DNA of 64,000 bases from Candidatus Eiseniibacteriota bacterium (GCA_963728475.1 CAVSKL010000002.1:558365-622364), one strand, 5' to 3'; shown: positions 45,106 through 57,218, numbered from the stretch's first letter. Made by a program: numbers and translations. The notes: generated by a model from the letters alone, not told the origin.

Positions 45106-48100
45106 TCAACCCGCCGCTCCGTGGCATTTCTTGTACTTCTTCCCGCTGCCGCACGGGCAGGGGTCGTTCCGCCCCACCTTCTCCCCCACCCGCACCGGTT
45201 CCGGCGGAGCGGCCGGCGCCGAGGTGGCGGTGGCGGTGGGCCGGCGGTCGAAGGCGGAGAAGCCGGCGTGGTTCTCCCGCACCGCGGCGGAGGCGGCGGC
45301 CCGGGGGGCCTCCGCCGACAGGGCGGGGGCGGCGGCGGGGCGCTCCGGCTCCCGCACGATCGAGACCCTGAAGAAGCGCCGCACGATGTCCCCGCCCAGC
45401 GCCTCCATCATGGTCTCGAAGGTGGTGAACGCCTCACGCTTGTACTCCACCAGCGGGTCCTTCTGCCCCCACGCCCGGAGCCCGATCCCCTCCTTGAGCA
45501 TGTCCATTTCATAGAGGTGGTCGCGCCACCGTTCGTCCATCACCGAGAGCATCACCCGGCGTTCCACCTCGCGGGTGAGCTCCTCGCCCCAGTCGTTCTC
45601 CCGCCGCTCGTAGGCGGCCCGCGCCCGCTCCTGGAAGTGGCCGGTCAGGGCCTGGAGATTCATCTCCTCCCGGCCCAGGATGCCCTCCACCGGCATCGGC
45701 GACACGAACACCATCTCCAGCTCGGCGGCGACCAGCTTGATGGCGTCGTCGTGGACCGGCTCGGAGGGATCCATGTGCCCCTCCACCACCGACGCCACCA
45801 CCCCGTCCACGTAATCCAGCATCTCCTCCTTCATGGACTCGCCGCGAAGCACCCGGCCCCGGATCCCGTACACCACCTCTCGCTGCTTGTTCATGACGTC
45901 GTCGTATTCGAGGAGCCGCTTGCGGATGGAGTAGTTCTGCTCCTCGACCCGCTTCTGGGCGTTGTCCACCGCCTGGGTCACCCAGCGGTGCTCGATGACC
46001 TCGCCCTCCTGCGCCCCCAGCTTCTGCATGATCGTGGCGATGCGCTCCGACCCGAACAGCCGCATGAGGTCGTCTTCGAGCGAGAGGAAGAACTGGGTGC
46101 TGCCGGGGTCCCCCTGGCGGCCGGAACGGCCGCGGAGCTGGCGGTCGATGCGGCGGCTCTCGTGGCGCTCGGTGCCGATGATGGCCAGCCCCATGTCCCC
46201 CTCGTCGTCCACCGCGCCCTCGCTCCCGTCCCGGGGAAGCACCCCCGGCCCCAGCTTGATGTCGGTGCCGCGGCCGGCCATGTTGGTGGCGATGGTGACC
46301 GCCCCCATCTGGCCGGCGTGGGAGACGATCTCCGCCTCCTGCTGGTGCTGCTTGGCGTTGAGCACGTTGTGGCGCACGCCCTGCCGCTTGAGCAGCCGGC
46401 TGAGCGTCTCCGAGACCTCGACGTTGGTGGTGCCGACCAGCACCGGGCGGCCCACCTCGTTCAGTTGCTTCACCTCCTCCACGATCGCGTTGTACTTCTC
46501 GCGGCGGGTGCGGTAGACCAGGTCGTTGTGGTCGGCGCGGCGGATCGGCCGGTGGGTGGGGATCTTGACCACGTCGAGCTTGTAGATCTCGAAGAATTCC
46601 GAGGCCTCGGTCTCGGCGGTGCCGGTCATCCCCGCGATCTTGTCGTAGAGGCGGAAGTAGTTCTGGAGCGTGATGGTGGCGAAGGTCTGGGTCTCGCCCT
46701 CGACGGTGACGCCTTCCTTGGCCTCCACCGCCTGGTGGAGTCCGTCCGACCAACGGCGGCCCACCATGACCCGGCCGGTGAACTCGTCGACGATCAGGAC
46801 CTTGCCGTCCTGGACCACGTAATCCACGTCCTTCTCGTAGAGGGAGTACGCGCGAAGCAGCTGCATCACCGCGTGGATGCGGTCGGCCCGCTCGGCGTAG
46901 CGCCGGAACGCCAGCTCCTTCTCCTGGATCCGCTCCTTGGGGTCGAGATCGGTGCGGGCCTCGATCTCCTCCACCTCCACCGCGAGGTCGGGGAGCACGA
47001 ACATGTCGGGGTCGTTGGGGGAGACCACCTGCCGGCCCTTGTCGGTGAGGTCCAGCTCGCGGTTCTTCTCCTCGATCGAGTAGTAGAGCTCGTTGTCGAT
47101 CTCGCTCATCCGCTTGTCGCGGACGGCGTCGAAGTCCACCTTGCGGATGGCTTTCTGGAGGCCGGGGTTGTCGGAGATGAGCTTCATGAACCGCCGGTGC
47201 TTGGGAGCGCCGCGCTTGACCCGCAGGAGCGCGGTGGCGGTCTCATAGTCGATTTCCTCGCCGTGCTCGGCCACCGCGGTCTCGATGTCCACCATCCAGT
47301 CGTTCACGAGCTTCAGCTGCGCCCGCACCACCCGCTCCACCGCCGGCTTCATCTCGGTGAAATTCTGGTGGGTCTGGGTGACCGGGCCGGAGATGATGAG
47401 GGGGGTCCGCGCCTCGTCGATGAGGATGTTGTCCACCTCGTCGATGATGGCGTAGTAGTGGCCGCGCTGGACCTGGTCCAGGGCCCGGACGGCCATGTTG
47501 TCGCGGAGGTAGTCGAACCCGAACTCGTTGTTGGTGCCGTAGGTGACGTCGGCGGCGTAGGACTGCCGGCGCTGGGGCGGGGTCAGGTCGTGCTGGATGA
47601 CCCCCAGGGTGAGGCCCAGCCACTCCAGGATCGGACCCACCCACTCCCGGTCCCGGCGGGCCAGGTAGTCGTTGACGGTAATCAGGTGGCAGCCCTTGCC
47701 GGTGAGGCCGTTCAGGTAGAGCGGCATGAGGGCGACCAGGGTCTTCCCCTCGCCGGTGGCCATCTCGGCGATCCGCCCCTCGTGGAGCACGATCCCCCCC
47801 ACCAGCTGGACGTCGTAGGGGACCATGTCCCAGGTCAGCTTCTGCCCCACCGCCTCCCAGCTCTTCCCCAGGTGGCGGCGGCAGGCCTCTTTGACCACGG
47901 CGAAGGCCCGGGGGAGAAGTTCGTCGAGGGTGGCGCCCTCGGCCAGCTCTTCACGGAATTTCTGGGTCATTCCACGCAACTCTTCGTCGGACAATGACTT
48001 GAACGACTCGGCGTTGGTGTTGATCTCTTCCACGATCGGGCCGATCCGCTTCATGTCCCGCTCGTACTTGGTGCCGAACACCTTCTCGAGGGTACGGGCG

Positions 48101-48126
48101 GTCGAGTTCTTCAGCGCTTCCAGCAT
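45106..48126 (-). CDS. secA: Preprotein translocase ATPase SecA
   Basis: [60 protein letters not shown]. Confidence 0.98.
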   Translation of the reverse strand: MLEALKNSTARTLEKVFGTKYERDMKRIGPIVEEINTNAESFKSLSDEELRGMTQKFREELAEGATLDELLPRAFAVVKEACRRHLGKSWEAVGQKLTWDMVPYDVQLVGGIVLHEGRIAEMATGEGKTLVALMPLYLNGLTGKGCHLITVNDYLARRDREWVGPILEWLGLTLGVIQHDLTPPQRRQSYAADVTYGTNNEFGFDYLRDNMAVRALDQVQRGHYYAIIDEVDNILIDEARTPLIISGPVTQTHQNFTEMKPAVERVVRAQLKLVNDWMVDIETAVAEHGEEIDYETATALLRVKRGAPKHRRFMKLISDNPGLQKAIRKVDFDAVRDKRMSEIDNELYYSIEEKNRELDLTDKGRQVVSPNDPDMFVLPDLAVEVEEIEARTDLDPKERIQEKELAFRRYAERADRIHAVMQLLRAYSLYEKDVDYVVQDGKVLIVDEFTGRVMVGRRWSDGLHQAVEAKEGVTVEGETQTFATITLQNYFRLYDKIAGMTGTAETEASEFFEIYKLDVVKIPTHRPIRRADHNDLVYRTRREKYNAIVEEVKQLNEVGRPVLVGTTNVEVSETLSRLLKRQGVRHNVLNAKQHQQEAEIVSHAGQMGAVTIATNMAGRGTDIKLGPGVLPRDGSEGAVDDEGDMGLAIIGTERHESRRIDRQLRGRSGRQGDPGSTQFFLSLEDDLMRLFGSERIATIMQKLGAQEGEVIEHRWVTQAVDNAQKRVEEQNYSIRKRLLEYDDVMNKQREVVYGIRGRVLRGESMKEEMLDYVDGVVASVVEGHMDPSEPVHDDAIKLVAAELEMVFVSPMPVEGILGREEMNLQALTGHFQERARAAYERRENDWGEELTREVERRVMLSVMDERWRDHLYEMDMLKEGIGLRAWGQKDPLVEYKREAFTTFETMMEALGGDIVRRFFRVSIVREPERPAAAPALSAEAPRAAASAAVRENHAGFSAFDRRPTATATSAPAAPPEPVRVGEKVGRNDPCPCGSGKKYKKCHGAAG

Positions 48127-48187
48127 GGGGCGGTCTCTCTCCTCCGGCGTGGCGGCCGACGGGCGCCGCAAGATTTCCAAACACAAA

Positions 48188-48216
48188 AAGTTAGCAGACC
48201 TGGGGGCGCCGGACAA
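48188..48216 (-). promoter_or_regulatory. Putative sigma70 promoter of secA
   Basis: TTGTCC-N17-TAACTT with extended -10 TG. Confidence 0.5.
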
Positions 48217-48234
48217 GCCGGAGGGCCGCGCCGG

Positions 48235-50382
48235 TCAGGAAGCGGCCGGGCCGAGGCGCACCGCCAGGAACCGGCCGTCCAGGGTGCCGAAATAGGCGGT
48301 GCCGTCGGCGATGGCCGGGGACGAGTAGGCGGAGCCGTCGATCGGAACCCGGGCCACCTCGGCCCCGGTGAGCCATTCGATCCCGTGGAGAAGGCCGTCG
48401 TAGCCGGTGACCCACACCGTGCGTCCCCAGAACGCGGGCTGGCTCTTCACCGCGCCCCCCGTCGCCACCTTCCATACCTCGCGGCCGAGCCCCACGTCCA
48501 CCCCGATCACGCTCCCCTCGTCGGTGCCCACCACCACCCGCCCCTCATGGTAGGCGGGGGTGCCGTTGACCGGCCCGGGGGCGTCCACCGACCACGCCGG
48601 GGAGCCGGTGGTGAGATCGAAGGCGCTGAGCTTCCCCCCCTTCGTTCCCACGATCACCTTCCCTTCGGCCACGATGGGGTTCCCGTACACCGCCGATCCC
48701 GCCGCGGCCTGCCACCGGACGCGGCCGGTGGCCGCATCCATGGCGGTCACGGTGCCGTCGAGGCCCGCCGCCACCACCGTCTCTCCGGCCACGGTGGGGC
48801 TGGCCCAGAGGACCGAGCCCAGGTCCCGTTTCCAACGGAGCGTGCCGTCGGCCACCGAGGCTGCGTACAGGGTCCGGTCGTAGGAGCCGATGTAGACGAT
48901 GCCGTCCCCCACCGCGGGCGAGGCCACGATGCGGTCCCCGGTGGCCAGGGTCCAGCGCTCCTCCCCGGTGCCCGCGGCCAGGGCGTAGAGCTTGCCGTCG
49001 TAGCCCCCGATGAACACCAGATCCCCCGCGGCGGCGGGCGAGGAGCCGAAGCCGCCGCTCGCCCCGTAGGCCCACATCCGCTTGCCGTCGGCGCGGCTCA
49101 AGGCGTAGACCCGCCCGTCCCGGCAGCCGAAGATCGCGGCGTCCCCGGCCAGGAGCGGACTCGAGGTGACCGCCTTGTCGAACTTCTGGGTCCAGAGCAT
49201 CCGGTAGCCGACGGTCTCTCCGACCGCTCCGCCGACCGGGGAGTCGCCCGGATCGGCGGCGCTGTCGGCGGCTCCGGCGGTGGGCGCCGGGGCGGGATGC
49301 CGGGCCATCCGGGGGCGCACCACCAGCAGGTAGCCGGCGAGGAGCGCGGCGGCCACCACCGTCCCCACCACGCCGAACCAGAACACCAGGCCGCGGGTCT
49401 CCTCCGGCGCGTAGAGCGCGTCGCGCCGGCCGGCGGCCCCCGCGGGCGCCTCGGGCCGGGAGGGCTCCGCGGCCTCCCCGCCGTCGGCCTCCGCGTCCCC
49501 GTGCGCGCCCGCCGGGGCGCGCTCACGGTCGAAGGCAAGCTCGGTCTGCGGTTCGGGCTCCTCCCCGGCGCCGGCCCGCTCGGGGCCGGATTCCGCGGGG
49601 GGGGCCTCGGCGGGCGCGCCCGCCGGTCCCGGGAACGCCCCCTTCAGTTCCCGGAGCACCGAGTCGAATCCGGGGGCCGCCTCCGGCTCGTCCCCGGGGG
49701 GGAGACCGGCGGCCTCCTCGGCGGGCCCGGTGGGTTCCGCCGCTCGCGGGGGCGCCTCGACTGGCTCCGACTTCTCCGGCGGCAGGACCGGCGGCGAGGC
49801 CTCGGCGGGGGTGTGCTCGGGCAGGGGCACCGCCCGGGGCCCCTCCCCCTCCAAGAACGCCAGCACCAGGCCGCCGTCCCCGCCGGCTCCCTGCTCCAGC
49901 CGCCCCAGCACCTCGCCGGCCCCCCCCTCGGCTCCCTCGGGGAGGCGGCCGAAGAAGAGCCGCGTGGTCCCGGTGAGCGGGAGCGCGAGCAGGGCGTCGG
50001 CGGCGATGGGCCGCCCCGGGGTGGGGGCCAGCGGTACCAGGGCCACCCGGCCGTGGGTGAGGAACCAGAGCTGGTCCCGTTCCAGCACCGCGCATCCGAA
50101 TTCCAGGGAAGCGCCCGAAGAGCGCGCTTCGTGCCGGATGAGGCGCGCGGTGGCGTCGAGCAGGACCGCGGTGGGGACCGCGGCCGGGACCTCCTTCAAG
50201 TAACGCACGGCGGCCTGCCCGGCCCGGAGCGCGGCCTCGCGCTCCCCCTCGGCTCGCGCCCCCCCCGGGCCCACCACCAGGAAATGCCCCGCGCGCTCCC
50301 CGCGGGGGGAGAGCTCGAAGAACGCGAGCCAGCCGGAGTGTCGCTCCGGCCTCAAGCTGTGGCAGCGCGCGGCGAGCGGCAT
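48235..50382 (-). CDS. Membrane protein: degenerate PP2C-like N-domain, Pro/Ala/Glu linker, TM, PQQ-like (BamB-type) beta-propeller
   Basis: Repeated SSP...DG.LYAL....G..RW blades; single TM LVFWFGVVGTVVAAALLAGYLLVV. Confidence 0.8.
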   Translation of the reverse strand: MPLAARCHSLRPERHSGWLAFFELSPRGERAGHFLVVGPGGARAEGEREAALRAGQAAVRYLKEVPAAVPTAVLLDATARLIRHEARSSGASLEFGCAVLERDQLWFLTHGRVALVPLAPTPGRPIAADALLALPLTGTTRLFFGRLPEGAEGGAGEVLGRLEQGAGGDGGLVLAFLEGEGPRAVPLPEHTPAEASPPVLPPEKSEPVEAPPRAAEPTGPAEEAAGLPPGDEPEAAPGFDSVLRELKGAFPGPAGAPAEAPPAESGPERAGAGEEPEPQTELAFDRERAPAGAHGDAEADGGEAAEPSRPEAPAGAAGRRDALYAPEETRGLVFWFGVVGTVVAAALLAGYLLVVRPRMARHPAPAPTAGAADSAADPGDSPVGGAVGETVGYRMLWTQKFDKAVTSSPLLAGDAAIFGCRDGRVYALSRADGKRMWAYGASGGFGSSPAAAGDLVFIGGYDGKLYALAAGTGEERWTLATGDRIVASPAVGDGIVYIGSYDRTLYAASVADGTLRWKRDLGSVLWASPTVAGETVVAAGLDGTVTAMDAATGRVRWQAAAGSAVYGNPIVAEGKVIVGTKGGKLSAFDLTTGSPAWSVDAPGPVNGTPAYHEGRVVVGTDEGSVIGVDVGLGREVWKVATGGAVKSQPAFWGRTVWVTGYDGLLHGIEWLTGAEVARVPIDGSAYSSPAIADGTAYFGTLDGRFLAVRLGPAAS

Positions 50383-50394
50383 GCCTCCCTCCTC

Positions 50395-52923
50395 TCAGCG
50401 TGCCTCGGGACCGTTCTCCACCGGCGGCGGACCGCTCGTATAGTAATGGCGGTAGATCCAGGTGAGCCAGACCACCCGCCGGACGTAGCCGTAGGTCTCA
50501 GGATACCCGATGCACTCCACGAACACCTCGTCGCTGTCGCCGTCCGCCCGCTCCAGCCACTCCCGCGCCTTCCCCTCGCCCGCGTTGTAGCCGGCCAGGG
50601 TGGGCATCAGGTGCCCGTCGAACTCGCGCAACCGGTCGCGGAGGAATCCCACCCCCAGGGGGATGTTGATCTCGGGCCGGAAGAGCGCCTCCACCGGAAG
50701 CGGGGGGCTCCCGCTCTCGCGGACGATCCGGGCCAGGGTGGCCGGGGTCACCTGCAGGAGCCCGCGGGCGCCGGCCCGGCTCACCGCGGTGGGCTGGTAG
50801 AGGCTCTCCTGACGCATCAGCGCCCACACCAGCTCGGGCTCCACCCCCGCGGCGCGCGCCGCGCTCTCCACCTCGCCGTAGTAGGCGGCGGGATAGGCCA
50901 GCCGGGCGTATCCGTTGTGGGTGGGATAGCCGGCGGGGACGGTCTGCAAGGCCTGGTTCGCCCACCGCACCCCCTCGGGGTAGATGTGGTGGGCGGCGGC
51001 GGCCAGCGCCAGCAATTCGACCAGGTTGGGACTGCCCGAGGCTCCGACCTCGGCCGCCTTGTTCCACTCCGCCCGGGCGGCGTCGAACTCCCCCAGCCGC
51101 GCCAGGTCCAGCCCGCGGAAGTAGCGCGACTCGACCGGCCCCGGCCACCCCGCGTCCACCGCCGCCGACTCGAACGAGGTGTGGGGATCCATGGAGACCG
51201 CCTCGGGACGGTCCGGCGGGACTCCGGGCAGACCGAACTCCTCCCGGAGCCGCACTCCGTAATAGTCGGCGGGCTCCAGCTTCCACGCCCCCGCCCGGGC
51301 CGCGCGCCCGGCGTCGTCGTCACGGCCGAGCCGTTTCAGGGTGCGGGCGAGCCAGAACGCGGCCTGCTCCTGGTCCGGCTGGGTGATGGAGGCGTCGAAG
51401 GCGGCGCGGAAGTCCTCGACCGCGGCCTCGGGCCGGTTCTCCCGGACCCGGTCGAAACCGCGCCGGAAGCGTGCGTCCCGCAGGCGGGTGGTACGGGGGA
51501 AGCGTTCGAGGTAGAGGGTGTAGACCTTCTCCGCTTCCTTCCACTTCCCCCCGCTCTCCAGCTCCCGCCCCAGCTCCCACGCCGCGGTGGCGGCGTCGGG
51601 GCCCCGGCGCCCGATCACCGCGCGGTAACGCTTCTCCATGGGTCCGGCCCGCCCGGTGTTCCGGTAGCCGCGGGCGAGGATGAGATCGGCCTCGTCGCGG
51701 GTGCGGGGCGACCCGGAGCGGGCGAGCCCGGTGAGGACCGGCCCGGCCTCGGCATAGCGTCGCGCGCGGTAGAGCCAGCGTCCGAGGGCCAGCCCCGCCG
51801 CCTCGCGCTCCACCGCGGGGAGGCCGGCGCTGTCGGCGAAGGCGGCGAGCGCGGCCTCGGCTCCGCTGGCGGCCTGGGGAAGGAGCAAGGCCAGGAGCTG
51901 GATCTTCCCCTCCGCGGTGAGGTAGAGATCGGGATCGCTCTCCCCTAGCCGGACCCGCAGCGCGTATGCGGGCACGGCCAGGGAATCGGCGGGGAACCGC
52001 CCCACCACCGCCTCCAGCTCGTGGGCGGCCTCGTGGGTGTAGCCCTGGGAGAGACGGATCCGGGCCAGGAGCCAGTGGATCTCCGCGGTATCCACCTCCG
52101 GCGGGGCGAGGCGGAGCTCGTTCACCGCCTCCTCCGCCCGCCCCGCGGCGAAGAACGCGCGGGCGCGGGTGAGCCGCACCCGGGGCGCGCGCAGGCTGGC
52201 CGGGTTCACCGCGATGAGCGAGTCGGCCCACCCCAGCGCGGCCGCGCTGTCCCCGGCCGCCTCGGCCAGGGACCAGAGCCGGTAGAGCGCCTCATCCCGG
52301 AGCCGAAAATCCACGCTCTCCCCCGCCGCCACCAGCGCGGCGTGGATCGCCTCCAACGAAAGGGCGGCGGCGGTGTCGGGGAGGGCGCCGCCCCCCGCCT
52401 CGCGCGCCTCCAGGGCGGCCATCGCCTCGGCCAGGGCCAGCGGAGCCCGGGTCGAGGAATCCCGCTCGGGCAGCTCCCCTCCCAGCGCCTCCACCAGCCG
52501 CCGCGACCAGTCGGGGCGGTGCCCCTCCAGGGCGGCATGGAGCCACCGCACCCGGTCGGGCCATACCAGCTCCCGGATGCGCTCCGGGTGCCGCGCCGCC
52601 GCCCGGTCGAGGAGACGGAGCGACGCCAGGCGATGTTCCGAGGAGCGCGCCATCGCCAGCGAGTCCCCCTCGAACACCCCCACCACCAGGGCGCGTTCGG
52701 CGAGACCGAGGGTGTCGAGCGCCGCCGCCACCTCCGCCGCGTCCGGGGCCGGGCCCGAGGTATCGGCCGCGGCCTCCGCGCGCAGGAGCGCGCCCCCCAC
52801 GCTGTCGGCGGGAACGGCGAGCGAGGTGTCCGGGGGCGCGGTCCGGGCGCCCGCCCCCGGCCCCGCGCCGGCGAGGGCGGCGGCAGCGGCGGCGAGGGCG
52901 CCGAGTCGGCTGAAACGAATCAT
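50395..52923 (-). CDS. Soluble lytic transglycosylase (Slt-type) with TPR-like helical domain
   Basis: Signal peptide; MRQES catalytic Glu, GARGLLQV, YNAG, ETYGYV. Confidence 0.9.
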   Translation of the reverse strand: MIRFSRLGALAAAAAALAGAGPGAGARTAPPDTSLAVPADSVGGALLRAEAAADTSGPAPDAAEVAAALDTLGLAERALVVGVFEGDSLAMARSSEHRLASLRLLDRAAARHPERIRELVWPDRVRWLHAALEGHRPDWSRRLVEALGGELPERDSSTRAPLALAEAMAALEAREAGGGALPDTAAALSLEAIHAALVAAGESVDFRLRDEALYRLWSLAEAAGDSAAALGWADSLIAVNPASLRAPRVRLTRARAFFAAGRAEEAVNELRLAPPEVDTAEIHWLLARIRLSQGYTHEAAHELEAVVGRFPADSLAVPAYALRVRLGESDPDLYLTAEGKIQLLALLLPQAASGAEAALAAFADSAGLPAVEREAAGLALGRWLYRARRYAEAGPVLTGLARSGSPRTRDEADLILARGYRNTGRAGPMEKRYRAVIGRRGPDAATAAWELGRELESGGKWKEAEKVYTLYLERFPRTTRLRDARFRRGFDRVRENRPEAAVEDFRAAFDASITQPDQEQAAFWLARTLKRLGRDDDAGRAARAGAWKLEPADYYGVRLREEFGLPGVPPDRPEAVSMDPHTSFESAAVDAGWPGPVESRYFRGLDLARLGEFDAARAEWNKAAEVGASGSPNLVELLALAAAAHHIYPEGVRWANQALQTVPAGYPTHNGYARLAYPAAYYGEVESAARAAGVEPELVWALMRQESLYQPTAVSRAGARGLLQVTPATLARIVRESGSPPLPVEALFRPEINIPLGVGFLRDRLREFDGHLMPTLAGYNAGEGKAREWLERADGDSDEVFVECIGYPETYGYVRRVVWLTWIYRHYYTSGPPPVENGPEAR

Positions 52924-52981
52924 CGGATCCTCCCCCGGCGCCCGGACCGGGTGGAAAGGCGGAAGGAAGCGGCGCGGGCGG

Positions 52982-55608
52982 TCACGGGAGCACCACCACC
53001 CGGCGGCTCTCGAGGCGCCCGTCGGGACGGCGGCACACCAGGAAGTACACCCCCCCCGGGATCGGCCTTCCGGCGAAGTCCCGTCCGTTCCAGACCACCG
53101 ACCGGCTCCCCGCCACTTCCAGCCGCACCGTGCGCGCGGCCACCCGTCGCCCCGCCGCGTCGATCAGGGCCAGCCGGTAGGCGCCGGCGGGTCCCGCCGG
53201 TGGCAGGTCCACCGTCCAGGTCTGGACGCCCCCCCGGCGGAGCGGGTTGGGGGCGGGAAGCGCGAGCGCCGCCGAGGGCGGAGCGGCCGCCACCAGGGCT
53301 CCGGTCTCGCCCCCGGAGCCGCCGGGGGTGAGCCAGACCAGGTCGTAACGGGCGTCGCCGAAGGCGGGGGGGACGCCGACACGGAGAGGGCGGGGCCGCC
53401 GGCGGCGAGGAGCACGGCGGGGAGAGCCACCCGGCGCCCTCCGAACAGGGAGACCTGGGTGCCGGCGGGAACCGGGCCGTCCGCCGCCACCGAGAGCCGG
53501 TGGTTCCCGTCCGGGGTCACGTCCACGTTCAGCGCGAAGGAGACGGGCGGAGCGCCCGCCACCCGGACCGCCGAAACCGTCCAGGCGCTCGAGTCCGGCA
53601 CCGCGTCCCCGGCCGCGCGGAACGCGATCCGCACCGTGCGCCCGGCGTAGGCCCCGAGGTCGAACACCAGCGGCCGCTCCCCCCCGCTCGATCCGGACAG
53701 CACCTCGAGCCCTCCCAGGGCGTCGCCGGTCCCCCGCTCGGCGGTGTGGCCCCAGCCCAGGGGCGGGGCGAGCGGCACCGGCGCCCCGGTCTGGAGCAGG
53801 AGGCGCACCTGCCCCGCGTCCTCGGCCGCGTCGGGCGCGAGCGCGGTCAGGTTCCAGGCGGTGACCACCACCAACCGCCCCCCGCCGGGGACGCGGAACC
53901 AGGGGCTCTCGATCTCGGCGTCGGCCAGCGGCGCCAGAGAGCGCGCGGTCCACGCCCCTCCGGTAAAGCCCCAGGGATTCCGCCGGGGCGGGGCCAGGTT
54001 GCGCGCGGTGAACACGGCCAGCGCGCCCGCGGCGAGGCCGCCGGGACCGGCGTCCACCACCAGGGTGTCGAGGGCCGCGACTCCCCCCTCCGGCGGGGCG
54101 AGGGTGAACGCGACGGCGCCGGGGCTCGCGGAAAGCGAATCCCCTTCCGCGCAGGGAACCGCGGCCCAGGCGAGGTCGGTCACGCTCCCCCCCGCCGGAA
54201 CGGTGACGGTGTCCGGCTCCCCCCGCCGGGCCACGCAGACCGCGCTCCCGGGAAGGCGGGCCAGCTCGAGGACCGCCCGGCGGTCGCGGGCGGGGTCCAG
54301 GTTTTCGATGCGCACGGCGAGGGGGCGGCTCCCCCCCGCTCCGGGGTCCAGAACGCGAACCGAGGCGATCCGGAGCGGAAATCCGGCGGTGGTGCCGGCG
54401 CGCGTGGTGGCCTCGGTGAGATCCAGCGCGACCCCGGTGCGGTTTCCGTCCCCGTCCCTCAGATCCGGATCGGTGCCGTCGTCGAGGTGGGTGGCGCAGG
54501 GATCGCTCCCCGGGCACGCCTCCGCCCGGATCGCGACCAATGGGCGGACGCAGTTCCGGTTGTCCACCGCGGTCTCGTCCACGGCGTAGACCACGGTGGC
54601 CGGAAACGGCACCGCGAGGCCGTTGGTGCCGTCCTGCCGTTCGACCAGGAAATAGCGGGGGCCCGAGGTCTCGCCGGGGGTGAACACCCGCAGGAACGCG
54701 CCCCCGGCCAGCGGGACGGTGAGGTTGAAGCCGGTCCGGGGCACGAAGCCGAGCAGTTGCCGGCTGAAGGCGTCGAGCCCGGTGGGATCGGCGCCGCCCC
54801 CCCGGTTGGCGCCGGTGGCCATGAGCGACCGCTCCCCGAGCCCCGCCCCGGAGCAGAGCGGATTGGAGACGTAGAGATCGACCAATCCCAGGAGGTGCCC
54901 CACCTCGTGGGCCCACGGTCCCACCGCGTCCCGGGTGGCGGCCACCGCGTACGGGAAGACCCGGGCGTCGCGGCGCTCCTCCGGCGCGGGAAGGGTGAAC
55001 GCGTGCGGGAGGAGCACGCTCCGCGGCACCGAGGGATCGATCACCTCGGGGGCGGGCGGCCCCGACTGGAGGAGCAGCAACCCGTCGGCGATTCCGTCCC
55101 CGGTGTTGTCGTACCGGGCGAAGTCCACCCGGTCGGCGAGGGCGGCGGTGGCTTCCTCCGCCAGGCGCTGGGCATTGTGGGGATAGGCGCGGGGATCGAG
55201 CCCGTAGCCGGCGTTCCCCTCCCCCTCGGACGCGTAGTAGGCGCGGATGTGCGCGGGGACGAAGGTGGGAGCGAGGGAGACGTCCATCCGGATCCGTCCG
55301 AAGGAGGCTCGGCGCCAGTACGTGGCCAGCGAGAGCCGGGCGGTGTCGGTGAGGGCGGCGGCCAGCGAGTCGCGCCCTCCCCCGCCCAGGACCGCGTCCT
55401 CGGGGAAGCGCACCGGGATCACCAGGAGCCGGTAGACGGTGTCGGTCGAGGCGGGGGCGAGCCGGAAGTACCGGAGGCCCGGTGCCCGCTCCCCCGGGGC
55501 GGCCGGCGCCCGGGGCGCGGCGCCGGCATGGGCGACGCCGGCGAGGGCGAGGAGCGCGCACGCGGCCCACCCCGCCGCGCGTCCCCGGAATGCTGTGGAA
55601 AGGATCAT
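52982..55608 (-). CDS. Secreted M6 (immune inhibitor A-like) metalloprotease with FlgD-like C-terminal domain; frameshifted at the G7 run 53366-53372
   Basis: LVIPVRFPE, DFARYDNTGDG, HEVGHLLGLVDLY, SLMATG; the C-terminal PNP...WNGRD...GVYF domain is in the adjacent frame. Confidence 0.82.
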
Positions 55609-55645
55609 ACTCGGCTCGCACCCGCCCGGATCCGCCCGCGTCCGG

Positions 55646-57181
55646 TCATTCCCATTCGATGGTCGCGGGGGGCTTCGATGTGACATCGTAGACGACGCGG
55701 TTCACCCCGGGCAACGTGTTCACGATCCGGTTGGCGATCCGCCCGAGCACGTCGGCGGGCAAGGGGAACCAGTCGGCGGTCATCCCGTCCACGCTGGTGA
55801 CCGCCCGCAGCGCCACCACGTTCCCGTAGGTGCGCTCGTCCCCCATCACCCCCACCGAGCGCACCGGCAGGAGCACCGCGAACGCCTGCCAGATGGCGTC
55901 GTAGAGGCCGGCCCGGCGGAGTTCGTCCAGGTAGATGCGGTCCGCCTCGCGCAGGGTGTCCGCGGCCTCCCGGGTCACCGGCCCCAGGATCCGCACCGCC
56001 AGTCCCGGGCCCGGGAAGGGATGGCGGCCGATCACGTGCTCGGGAAGCCCCAGCCGGAGCCCCAGCTCGCGCACCTCGTCCTTGAACAGCTCCCGCACCG
56101 GCTCCACCAGGGTGAGGTCCATGCGCTCGGGGAGCCCGCCCACGTTGTGGTGCGACTTGATCCGGGCCGAGGGGCCGGCCACCGGCACGCTCTCGATCAC
56201 GTCCGGGTAGAGCGTCCCCTGGGCCAGGAACTTCGCCCCCTCCAGCGTCTTCGCCTCCGCCTCGAACACCCGGATGAACTCCTCGCCGATGATCTTCCGT
56301 TTCCGCTCGGGATCGGCCACCCCCGCGAGCTTCGACAAGAATCGCTCCGAGGCGTCGACGTGGCGGATGCGGAGGTGGAACTCCTCGCCCAGGACCCGCA
56401 TCACCTCCTCCACCTCGCCGGTACGAAGCAGCCCGTGGTCCACGAACACGCTGGTCAGCCGGTCCCCCACCGCCTCGTGCACCAGGCACGCCACCACCGC
56501 CGAATCCACGCCGCCGCTCAGCCCGCAGATCACCCCCGCCTCGGGACCCACCTGCTCGCGGATCCGGGCCACCGCCTTCCCGCGGAAGTCCCCCAGGTCC
56601 CAGTCCGCCGGCGCCCGGCACACCCGGAAGAGGAAGTTCCGGAGGATGTCGGCGCCGTGCTCGGTGTGGACCACCTCGGGGTGGAACTGGAGCCCGTAAT
56701 AGCCGCGCCCCGCGTCTCCGGCCGCGGCCACGATGCCGTCGGCGGTGACCGCCTCCCGCTCGAACCCCTCGGGGAGCGCGCTCACCGAGTCGCCGTGGCT
56801 CATCCAGGCGGTGAAGGTGTCCGGGAGGCCGTGGAAGAGTTCCCCGCGCGCCCCCGGGACCCGGTGGACCGGGGTGCGCCCGTACTCCCCCTGCCCCACC
56901 CGCTCCACCCGCCCCCCCAGCAGGTGCACCATGGCCTGGAGCCCGTAGCAGATCCCGAGCACCGGCACCCCCAGCCCGAACACCGCGGGATCGGGGAGCG
57001 GCCCCTCCGCCGCGTAGACGCTGGAAGGCCCCCCCGAAAGGATGATCCCCGCCGGCCGGCGCCGGCGGATCTCCCCGGGAGCGAGCGAGTAGGGATGGAT
57101 CTCGCAGTAGACCTTTTGCTCGCGCACGCGCCGCGCGATGAGCTGGGTGTACTGCGCGCCGAAGTCGAGGACGAGGATCAT
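55646..57181 (-). CDS. guaA: GMP synthase (glutamine-hydrolysing)
   Basis: [40 protein letters not shown]. Confidence 0.98.
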   Translation of the reverse strand: MILVLDFGAQYTQLIARRVREQKVYCEIHPYSLAPGEIRRRRPAGIILSGGPSSVYAAEGPLPDPAVFGLGVPVLGICYGLQAMVHLLGGRVERVGQGEYGRTPVHRVPGARGELFHGLPDTFTAWMSHGDSVSALPEGFEREAVTADGIVAAAGDAGRGYYGLQFHPEVVHTEHGADILRNFLFRVCRAPADWDLGDFRGKAVARIREQVGPEAGVICGLSGGVDSAVVACLVHEAVGDRLTSVFVDHGLLRTGEVEEVMRVLGEEFHLRIRHVDASERFLSKLAGVADPERKRKIIGEEFIRVFEAEAKTLEGAKFLAQGTLYPDVIESVPVAGPSARIKSHHNVGGLPERMDLTLVEPVRELFKDEVRELGLRLGLPEHVIGRHPFPGPGLAVRILGPVTREAADTLREADRIYLDELRRAGLYDAIWQAFAVLLPVRSVGVMGDERTYGNVVALRAVTSVDGMTADWFPLPADVLGRIANRIVNTLPGVNRVVYDVTSKPPATIEWE

Positions 57182-57218
57182 GGAGCGGTTCTCTCCCCCG
57201 GGATCCGGGCGGGGTGGA

